IMG/VR virus record: IMGVR_UViG_3300010413_000043
Location: 1-53,750 of that record
DNA from: a virus
DNA: 53,750 nt
Reading direction: 5' to 3' (one strand)
Below, piece after piece: positions 8,425 through 15,624 of this stretch. Made by a program: the position numbers and the translations under genes. The stretch's first letter is position 1. Each line of letters begins with the position of its first letter. The notes under the pieces are model-generated. The model was not told the origin of the DNA, did no database searches, and saw only the letters and a list, made by a program, of their open reading frames with translations.

Positions 8425-9014
8425 TTGTTAAATTTTAAGTAGTTATCAACTCCAACGCTTATACACCATGATATAAAAGATTCAGCAAGATTTATAATAT
8501 CCTGATCCATTCCTTCGTATGGATAGAACATAAATGAACGGTATTTAAATGTAACCGGTCTTTTTTCTAAGCTGGTATATTGAAAATGATGAAATACAAC
8601 GCAATCGAGATCGTAAACGTGCGCATATATACGCGGCTGATATGAATCTGTATAATAATCAGGTCCATACCAATTTTTGCTAGTTTTAAACTCATGTCCA
8701 ATATTTCCAGTTAAGGCATCGGCTATTAATGAAAGAGTTATTTCATCAGTTAACTGCGATCTCACTTTATATTCTTTAACAGCAAATTTAAATATGTTTG
8801 AAAAGTCTATTAATTGTTGTTTTTCCTCTTCAAAAAGTTTATCTGATTCCCCTTTCTCAATAAACTCGTGTACATCTGTACCGAATTGCATCGCATGACT
8901 TGTAAACTTTACGCCTTTTATTTGCTCTATGAGTTCATCAGGGGACTTCTCAAATTGAGTAAGTCCCAGAACCGAACGGTAAGAATCTAATAGAGATGGG
9001 CTAACCTTGTACAT
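8421..9014 (-). CDS. PD-(D/E)XK family nuclease (RecB/Cas4-like)
   Basis: YKVSPSLLDSY, GTDVHEFIE and D...EFK (IADALTGNIGHEFKTS) motifs. Start set at the ATG at 9014. Confidence 0.45.
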   Translation of the reverse strand: MYKVSPSLLDSYRSVLGLTQFEKSPDELIEQIKGVKFTSHAMQFGTDVHEFIEKGESDKLFEEEKQQLIDFSNIFKFAVKEYKVRSQLTDEITLSLIADALTGNIGHEFKTSKNWYGPDYYTDSYQPRIYAHVYDLDCVVFHHFQYTSLEKRPVTFKYRSFMFYPYEGMDQDIINLAESFISWCISVGVDNYLKFNK

Positions 9015-9939
9015 CTTCCTCGAATTTAACGAATTTCTTAACCTCAGAGTTATATATTGCCACCTTATTATCAGTCGCATGTTTTTTCAACAACGCAAAA
9101 ATTTGCAATTGAATGTTTTTGCTTTTATCTTTTTTAAGCTTTTCAATAAGCTCATTACATGCTTTGATAGTTTTAAAGCCGGATATTTCTTCTTTATAGG
9201 CTTTAATCTTATTTAAAAACTCTTGTTGCTTTTCTGAAATCTCATTCATTCGGTCAAGAGTTTTATTGATTAATTGCTGAAAGAAATTATCATATTCTTT
9301 TTCGCTTGATTCTGGTACCTCAATAAGTCCAATATTAGCGCAATCTTTGCCATCGTGAGCATCAACAGGCCTAAAATCAATTACTCTTTTATTCTGATCG
9401 GAATACATATATCCGATTAAATCTGATTCTTGACGTAAGATGTCAAGTGCTCCACCGGTAACTCTCGGTATCACCTTTCCATCCTTATCATTATCTTTCG
9501 AAGCGTGACATATAAATACAACATTTGCCCCCAGGCTTTTAGTCCAGTCTTTAAATTGTTTGAAAACGCTTTTAATTGCCCCGTAACCTTGTAAAGATAA
9601 CTCTCCCCCTCTTCGCTGATTCTTAGGATCAATCTTTTTAACGTAATTAGCAATGTAATTATCGATAAGTGTACCACCGGTATCGACAATAATTGTTTTA
9701 GGTGCTAATTGCACCAACTCCGGAGAGTTTTGTAACTCTGTAATATCTTCCCAAGAATCTACACGGACAAAATTCTTTTGCCCTATTGAACGTTGTACAC
9801 CCATATCAAAATCTAATAACAATGGGTTTTCAGATGTGAATGTTAATGATGTTTTACCGATTCCAGGATCCCCGAAAATAGTTGCTGATAGTGTTTCCGT
9901 TTTTAAAACATCTTGCTCATTAAAAAATTTAAGTGCCAT
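9001..9939 (-). CDS. AAA_24 / Sak4-like RecA-fold ATPase (recombination)
   Basis: Walker A GDPGIGKTS and Walker B-like IIVDTGG. Sits next to nucleases and SSB, as in Sak4-type modules. Confidence 0.6.
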   Translation of the reverse strand: MALKFFNEQDVLKTETLSATIFGDPGIGKTSLTFTSENPLLLDFDMGVQRSIGQKNFVRVDSWEDITELQNSPELVQLAPKTIIVDTGGTLIDNYIANYVKKIDPKNQRRGGELSLQGYGAIKSVFKQFKDWTKSLGANVVFICHASKDNDKDGKVIPRVTGGALDILRQESDLIGYMYSDQNKRVIDFRPVDAHDGKDCANIGLIEVPESSEKEYDNFFQQLINKTLDRMNEISEKQQEFLNKIKAYKEEISGFKTIKACNELIEKLKKDKSKNIQLQIFALLKKHATDNKVAIYNSEVKKFVKFEEDVQG

Positions 9940-9952
9940 AATAAATTAATTT

Positions 9953-10201
9953 TTAAAGGTTTTTATACTTGTCAATTATTTCTTGAGGGAAAAGCTCATC
10001 TAAGCTTACGCCCAAAACTTGACTAAATTTCATCATCGAATAAATATCGATTGATCTGTTACGATAAGTTGCCAATCTGGCAACTCTTGTCCTGGCTGAT
10101 TCTTTAGAAATATCGGGCCAAATCATGACACCGAGTTTTTCATAATCTAATTGTTCACCGGTCCGCGCATGATAAGCGGCCATAGCTTTTTTTATTTGCA
10201 T
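9953..10201 (-). CDS. XRE/Cro-like HTH transcriptional regulator
   Basis: 82 aa. SKESARTRVARLATYRNRSIDIYSMMKFSQVLGVSLDELF resembles the HTH_3 pattern. It is the second gene after early promoter 1. Confidence 0.6.
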   Translation of the reverse strand: MQIKKAMAAYHARTGEQLDYEKLGVMIWPDISKESARTRVARLATYRNRSIDIYSMMKFSQVLGVSLDELFPQEIIDKYKNL

Positions 10202-10217
10202 ATATAAATTTTAGATT

Positions 10218-10427
10218 TTACCATTTGCCAATATATATTATATCAACTTTATGGCCTGATAAATAAAATTTTACTTCTCTCCAAATTTCAGATAGAGTTT
10301 TATTTTCAAGATATTTATTATTACGATAACGCCAAAATACTCTCATTACAAGCTTCTGAGCTAAATATTTATTACTTCCAACTCCGTATCCTATATCTGT
10401 CCTTGCGTTTATTATTATATTTCTCAT
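10218..10427 (-). CDS. Hypothetical early protein (69 aa)
   Basis: First ORF after promoter cassette 1. ATG at 10427. Confidence 0.6.
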   Translation of the reverse strand: MRNIIINARTDIGYGVGSNKYLAQKLVMRVFWRYRNNKYLENKTLSEIWREVKFYLSGHKVDIIYIGKW

Positions 10428-10510
10428 TGTTATTAATGTTTCGTTTGTTACTTATACGATACAAATATATGAAATGTTACTTTAAATGCAAAGAAATGTT
10501 ACTTTTTTTT
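10428..10510 (-). promoter_or_regulatory. Early promoter-leader cassette 1
   Basis: Minus-strand TTTG (10492-10489), N19, TATATTTG (10469-10462). A 52-nt core is identical to the copies at 47318-47369 and 52375-52426. Confidence 0.75.
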
Positions 10511-10541
10511 AAAAAAAATACCCGGAAATTTATTCCGGGTA
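10511..10541 (-). terminator. Intrinsic terminator ending the late operon
   Basis: TACCCGGA(10519-10526)/TCCGGGTA(10534-10541) with a 7-nt loop, followed by 8 U on the minus strand. Confidence 0.8.
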
Positions 10542-10590
10542 CCTAATAATCAGTAAAAAAGTAATTATATAGCGAGAAAAATTACTCTTC

Positions 10591-10944
10591 TTATTCCTCT
10601 TCATCATCTTTGATAGCAACTATCAAGCTATCTAAGCCGACAAGCATTTCAATTGATTTCTCAATTACTTTCTCAACTTTGTCATTTTCAAGATCAAATT
10701 TTTCCTCGATATAATCTATTAATTCTTCTCTCTCATCATCATCAAGGTCGATAAATTCGGCTTTTATCTGTGTACCTGATTTAATAACTTTTACAATATC
10801 ACCGAATGAACCGGCTCCGATACCTAATGCCTCAGCTACGGATATTTTACCATCATCAACAAGGTTTTTTTCGATTTTCATACCGAAATTAATTGCAGCT
10901 TCTGCAGCAATTTTTAAGTTCTCAATACCTAATTTTCCAGCCAT
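10591..10944 (-). CDS. Acidic hypothetical protein (117 aa), last late gene
   Basis: ORF with an ATG at 10944 and a D/E-rich C-terminus. Confidence 0.6.
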   Translation of the reverse strand: MAGKLGIENLKIAAEAAINFGMKIEKNLVDDGKISVAEALGIGAGSFGDIVKVIKSGTQIKAEFIDLDDDEREELIDYIEEKFDLENDKVEKVIEKSIEMLVGLDSLIVAIKDDEEE

Positions 10945-11001
10945 ACTTTTAAATTTTTGGTTAATATTTAATATAAATTGTTAAAGTTCAAATGTACAAA
11001 A

Positions 11002-11223
11002 TTATTTTTCTATTTCACCTATACATTTTAGTAAAAACCTTCCTGTAAGTCCTGAAAGCCCACTAATCATAATTACCCATCCAGGCAGTGAAATAGCCCC
11101 AGCAACAATGCTTATTGCTGCCCCTAAAAAAACCATACTTTCACTTACTATTTTCACATTTTTAGGTGTCTTTGCTTTATATGCCTCAGATATTAAAGGG
11201 ATGCCTATTTTAACCTGTTTCAT
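11002..11223 (-). CDS. Small membrane protein, holin candidate
   Basis: 73 aa. The hydrophobic stretch MVFLGAAISIVAGAISLPGWVIMISGLSGL could form 1-2 transmembrane helices. Lies in the lysis cassette. Confidence 0.45.
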   Translation of the reverse strand: MKQVKIGIPLISEAYKAKTPKNVKIVSESMVFLGAAISIVAGAISLPGWVIMISGLSGLTGRFLLKCIGEIEK

Positions 11224-11597
11224 AACTTTATTGCTTTACTATATACAAATATACTTAGAAAGGCGAAAAAGCCCCTTAAAACCCAAAATTGCCAATCCGA
11301 CAATAAAGACATTACATCATCATAGATTCCTGATGTGGTACCCACGTAATTTAAATCTAATCCCCCGATCAGATTGTAGCTTAAATCAAATAAAGCTATA
11401 TGCATAAACCAATAAGATAAGCCTAATAAGATTATATAATGCCAGTTAATTTGTTTTTTATACAACAAAGGAATGGCAAAAAGACAAATCTTATATACAT
11501 TTTCAAGAAACTTACTCCAATCTTTCACATTTTCAGCAAATAAAACATCGACATAAGCATCTAAAATAATTAGTAAAATGAATATAATTAGTATCAT
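11220..11597 (-). CDS. Multi-pass membrane protein (125 aa), holin/lysis-associated candidate
   Basis: About 4 hydrophobic helices. ATGA overlap with the next gene. Confidence 0.45.
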   Translation of the reverse strand: MILIIFILLIILDAYVDVLFAENVKDWSKFLENVYKICLFAIPLLYKKQINWHYIILLGLSYWFMHIALFDLSYNLIGGLDLNYVGTTSGIYDDVMSLLSDWQFWVLRGFFAFLSIFVYSKAIKL

Positions 11598-11673
11598 ATT
11601 TTTTGTATTTTAGTCTCGATAATTAATGTTTAATTTTTATTGAATTTGTTTAATTATTGTAAAAATCGGCTTG

Positions 11674-11696
11674 AGCACTGGCATTTTGTCAGTGCT
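11674..11696. terminator. Hairpin after the endolysin stop; its T-run is on the plus strand
   Basis: AGCACTG(11674-11680)/CAGTGCT(11690-11696) with a 9-nt loop, followed by TTTTTTT on the plus strand only. Confidence 0.35.
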
Positions 11697-11700
11697 TTTT

Positions 11701-12342
11701 TTATCCGAATTGGCCAATTAACCATTCAGTTATTTTATCCTCAAAATATTCATTTTGCTTCGGATTAAGTAAAGCCTCCACATCATCTCTATTTGTTTGG
11801 AATTTCCATTCAAGTAAGTTAGCCAAATAATTAGGTTTTACTTTATCATTACCAGCCAAAATAGTAAAGTTTGCTTCCCAATCCGGATCCTTAATCTTTT
11901 CCTTTTCAGATAGCCAATAAGCGGCCCTAAACTTATCATTCGGATACATTACTTTAAAGTAATTAAAAAGGCTCGTTGCAATTGGATCACTTTCATCTTC
12001 GCCCCTTGAAGTCCATACGCTTGATCCCCTAGCTTTTCCCCATCCATCTGTATCACAATTTTCTATTCGTTCAGCATCATTATGCAAACTCAGAACAAAA
12101 GAAAAATCATAATCTTTAACTATTTCATTGTATCGCTGTACCCGTAATGATAAACCGGGTTCATTTGAGTACTGACAGAATGGAGAGAATATATCGAAAT
12201 TAGGGTTCTTAATAATTAAATTCTTTCGAATATTAAAGCACCTTTCACGGGACCAAATCCACTCTTGGTGTCTCCCGTCTGGACTTCTTTTCCCGGGGGT
12301 GTTTTTCCCGTGCGCTGCATCTAATATAATTACTTTTTTCAT
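11701..12342 (-). CDS. N-acetylmuramoyl-L-alanine amidase (endolysin)
   Basis: ILDAAHGKNTPGKRSPDG and LSLHNDAE resemble the Amidase_3 zinc-ligand motifs. Flanked by membrane proteins. Confidence 0.7.
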   Translation of the reverse strand: MKKVIILDAAHGKNTPGKRSPDGRHQEWIWSRERCFNIRKNLIIKNPNFDIFSPFCQYSNEPGLSLRVQRYNEIVKDYDFSFVLSLHNDAERIENCDTDGWGKARGSSVWTSRGEDESDPIATSLFNYFKVMYPNDKFRAAYWLSEKEKIKDPDWEANFTILAGNDKVKPNYLANLLEWKFQTNRDDVEALLNPKQNEYFEDKITEWLIGQFG

Positions 12343-12343
12343 G

Positions 12344-12694
12344 CTATTCTGTTTTTATTACTTTTAATACCAACGTTTCAAGCGAATTAAACCGCGAATC
12401 CATGTGCGCGATAATGTCTTTCTTAATAGTATCATGTTCACGCTTATTCTGGTTATCAATCTCAGTAATACGTTTATGTACTGCTTTGATTTGAATTTTA
12501 TTAGTATCCTTTATGTTTTCAATATCTCCAAAAAGATCCTCCTTAACAGATTTTAGATCTTTATCCACATCTTTTTTTAATGCATATTCCATTACATCTT
12601 TTTTTCTATTTCTTAAAATAGGATATAAAGCACTTACAATCGAAATAGCAAACGCCGAAATAATGCCAAAATTCTGAAGCGTGTCTGATACCAT
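12344..12694 (-). CDS. N-terminally anchored coiled-coil protein (spanin/holin-associated candidate)
   Basis: N-terminal transmembrane segment FGIISAFAISIVSALYPIL followed by a charged coiled coil. Confidence 0.4.
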   Translation of the reverse strand: MVSDTLQNFGIISAFAISIVSALYPILRNRKKDVMEYALKKDVDKDLKSVKEDLFGDIENIKDTNKIQIKAVHKRITEIDNQNKREHDTIKKDIIAHMDSRFNSLETLVLKVIKTE

Positions 12695-13041
12695 AGTCTT
12701 GATCTTTTAATTATTACAAATATAAGGGCTATACTGATTAATAAAACAGTATAATAAAAGTAAAATGTTAAATCAGTTTTTGGATTAATTAAATTTATTA
12801 TACTCATTATCAATAACCCTATCGCTCCCCCAGCGATGGCAATTGATATATCTTTTAATATACCAATATTGATTAGTTTGGCACTTCCTAAGAATATTAA
12901 AATACTTCCAGACAATACAGCCCGGAAGTAAATTATGTGTTCAATTCCATTATCAGTTTTAAAGCAAAATGTTATTGCTGCTCCAAAAAAGATTATGCAA
13001 CCCCCTAAAAAAATTAATATTTCAGCTAATTTTTTACTCAT
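12634..13041 (-). CDS. Multi-pass membrane protein (135 aa), holin candidate
   Basis: About 4 hydrophobic helices. It is the first sizeable gene of the lysis cassette. Confidence 0.45.
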   Translation of the reverse strand: MSKKLAEILIFLGGCIIFFGAAITFCFKTDNGIEHIIYFRAVLSGSILIFLGSAKLINIGILKDISIAIAGGAIGLLIMSIINLINPKTDLTFYFYYTVLLISIALIFVIIKRSRLWYQTRFRILALFRRLLFRL

Positions 13042-13127
13042 TTAGATGGCACATCAGGTTCGTTATCGTCATCATCGTCATTATCATGATCCCGATATTG
13101 ATTTTTTAAGTAATTTAGATTTTTCAT
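13038..13127 (-). CDS. Possible 29-aa acidic micro-ORF
   Basis: MKNLNYLKNQYRDHDNDDDDDNEPDVPSK. The stop overlaps the next ATG (ATGA). A TAACTTTG -7-like box lies 22 nt upstream at 13150-13157. Confidence 0.2.
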   Translation of the reverse strand: MKNLNYLKNQYRDHDNDDDDDNEPDVPSK

Positions 13128-13154
13128 AAATTTATATTTAAAGTTTAAACAAAG

Positions 13155-15611
13155 TTAGTATTTAATTATATTATTTCCCTTATAGTTAAATCTCATTCTT
13201 TCCCCTTTATAATTTATCTGATAAGGTTTTTTAATACTAATATACGCACCAATATCCCATAAATCATTTTGCTCAGATAGTACTATTGAATTTGGCCAAA
13301 CAGTAGTATTATTCAGTCCGTATTTATATGTTGTTCCTAAATTTTTCCCTCTATCAATTGCTGGACTATTTCTTTTTAATGAATAATTACCGTTCCCCAC
13401 ATCTGTAAATAATGGGTTTATATTAATAGATTTTAAAGTATCATAACCATAACCTTGCCAAGTTGCATAATTTACTACGCCTCCAGTATCGGTTTCAAAA
13501 TCTACACCATAATATAAGTTGTTATCAAACTGCCAGCCATTCAACGAACTATCAGCTAACCAAAACGCACTACCTCCCTGTATTGAGTATACTATGTTGT
13601 TATAAAACTGTCCAGAATCACTAGGATTTGGATATTCAGGCAAAACATCTCCATTATCATCGATCCATACAGCATTATTCAAAGAATAATTTTCATTAAC
13701 AAAAGTATTCTGATAAACTTTTGCATACGGTAATGCCCTAAAATAAATTGGTGTATAACAATCAATAAATAAATTACCGTATACCTCTGAACTACAATCA
13801 ATAGTATCTTCTGGGTTTTTATTTACATAACCTATTGTTGCTCCTTCTAACCAATTATACCTCAATATACATTTATTTCTGTAAGATAACCAAGTATGAA
13901 CACCATTTTCGTTTCCAACAAGTCTAGGCATCCTTATTTTATTTTTCTCTACAATAATACCTTGCTGATACCTATATTTAGGGATTAAAGATGATACACT
14001 AAATAAAGTATTAGTAACATTCTGTGCATTGTATTCAACATAATTATTCTGAAATACAAAACCACCTATATTTACTAAATCACTTGTTCCAAGAGAAAAG
14101 CTTGCAGTATCATCCATAATAAACGATGAATTTCTAATAACCAAATTAAAATCCTGCGCAGCACTATACCCCACATTTAAGTCATTTCCAAATGTCAAGC
14201 TATCAATTAAACAGTCCCTTACAGTATCACTATTTGTAAAATAAAAAGGAGTATTATAGAGACTTGTATTTGTAAGCTGAACATTCATATCTGTAACACC
14301 AAGATAGGATAAACCATTTGCAATAAAACTATTATTATTAATTATTGCAGTAAAATCATCATACCCAGTATATCTTAAGAATGATCCATACATATTCTCA
14401 AAACTACAATTTTTTATTGTTAAATTTCCTGTATTGTAAACATCTATAACATAACTTCCAGATACATGATCTCGATAAAACACACAAGAATCCCAAGTAT
14501 TATTACCTGAATGTGTACCTAATGAATATCTAAAATCTGAATTTAACTCCAATGGAGAAAAATAACATTTTTTAAATAATACATCTAAGGTATCTATAGT
14601 TGAAGAGGCTCTCAAACCACCTCCTATAATCGTAGAACCAAAAACATGTATTTTTATATTAATATTACTTTGAACAAAATAACTAGCATAACTATTAGTA
14701 TCATGATAGGTATAATACTCATATATATCAGAGCGTGGTATAATATGTTGAGCAGCAGGTGCATAATAATTGCGATTACCTTTAAAACATTTACCTTGAT
14801 AATTAATATTACCTAAAATGTAAGTATCTTCTACAAATAGTGTATCATTTGCTGGGACGATAGAATATAAAGAAGTTGTATTCCCTTTCACATGACAATC
14901 TTTCACGTGTATACTATTATTACCAGAACCAGTTAATCTAATAGCATATGTTGAATTTGGAATCTCAAAACCAATAATTGTAGCTTTGTAATATAATAAA
15001 AAACCATATGTTGATGCTGTAAAATCTGAATTACCAACACTAATAAAAGTATATTCTTCCCCTGTATTGCTAGTCACTTGTGGGCTTGTATAATCAAAAA
15101 CCACTATTGTATCACCGTCATTTGCTGCACTTATAGCTCCGGCAATTGTTGAATAAGTTTTATTAGTTCCAACCTCTAAAGGCGATTGAGGGTATAAAGC
15201 CCCAAAGTAGTTGTTATCATCTTTTGTAGGTGTTTCGTAAAATGCTATTCGACTTACTTTCTTAGGATATCTTTCCGTGCTATCAGAATTTAAAATTTGC
15301 CTTTCAAGTTTAAAAAATAAACTGTCCGCTTTATTATAATTTGCTTTATATTCATTAATTGTAGAAATAGCAAGTGTATCTCCTAATAAAATCAAATAAC
15401 CTCCTCTATTACACTGAAAGTAAGTACTATCAATAGTACCTCTATATTTCCAAACCTTCGCGTCCGAATCCGGCAATCCTGTGATACTATCTACTAATAA
15501 AGTATCGCTGCCTTGTACGCTAAATCCTTTCCAAAGCCTTGTAGGTGTTTGGTATTGCGCGCTCAGGCTAATTGTTATAATCGCAAATGCTATTGTAAGT
15601 GTTTTTTTCAT
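13155..15611 (-). CDS. Right-handed beta-helix (pectin-lyase-fold-like) protein with an N-terminal signal peptide; depolymerase/fibre candidate
   Basis: MKKTLTIAFAIITISLSAQ signal-like N-terminus. Repeated N-x-[ST]-I-x-[VI]-x-[DN]-C motifs (SIHVKDCHVKGN, LTIKNCSFEN, LVIRNSSF). Confidence 0.5.
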   Translation of the reverse strand: MKKTLTIAFAIITISLSAQYQTPTRLWKGFSVQGSDTLLVDSITGLPDSDAKVWKYRGTIDSTYFQCNRGGYLILLGDTLAISTINEYKANYNKADSLFFKLERQILNSDSTERYPKKVSRIAFYETPTKDDNNYFGALYPQSPLEVGTNKTYSTIAGAISAANDGDTIVVFDYTSPQVTSNTGEEYTFISVGNSDFTASTYGFLLYYKATIIGFEIPNSTYAIRLTGSGNNSIHVKDCHVKGNTTSLYSIVPANDTLFVEDTYILGNINYQGKCFKGNRNYYAPAAQHIIPRSDIYEYYTYHDTNSYASYFVQSNINIKIHVFGSTIIGGGLRASSTIDTLDVLFKKCYFSPLELNSDFRYSLGTHSGNNTWDSCVFYRDHVSGSYVIDVYNTGNLTIKNCSFENMYGSFLRYTGYDDFTAIINNNSFIANGLSYLGVTDMNVQLTNTSLYNTPFYFTNSDTVRDCLIDSLTFGNDLNVGYSAAQDFNLVIRNSSFIMDDTASFSLGTSDLVNIGGFVFQNNYVEYNAQNVTNTLFSVSSLIPKYRYQQGIIVEKNKIRMPRLVGNENGVHTWLSYRNKCILRYNWLEGATIGYVNKNPEDTIDCSSEVYGNLFIDCYTPIYFRALPYAKVYQNTFVNENYSLNNAVWIDDNGDVLPEYPNPSDSGQFYNNIVYSIQGGSAFWLADSSLNGWQFDNNLYYGVDFETDTGGVVNYATWQGYGYDTLKSININPLFTDVGNGNYSLKRNSPAIDRGKNLGTTYKYGLNNTTVWPNSIVLSEQNDLWDIGAYISIKKPYQINYKGERMRFNYKGNNIIKY

Positions 15612-15624
15612 ATCTTTTTTATTA

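Noticed and set aside
9953-10201. XRE-like regulator taken as evidence of a temperate lifestyle (CI/Cro switch).
   Set aside because: There is no integrase, excisionase, divergent promoter pair or opposite-strand repressor gene anywhere in the 53.6 kb. A single-strand, cassette-driven layout fits a virulent or non-integrating phage better.
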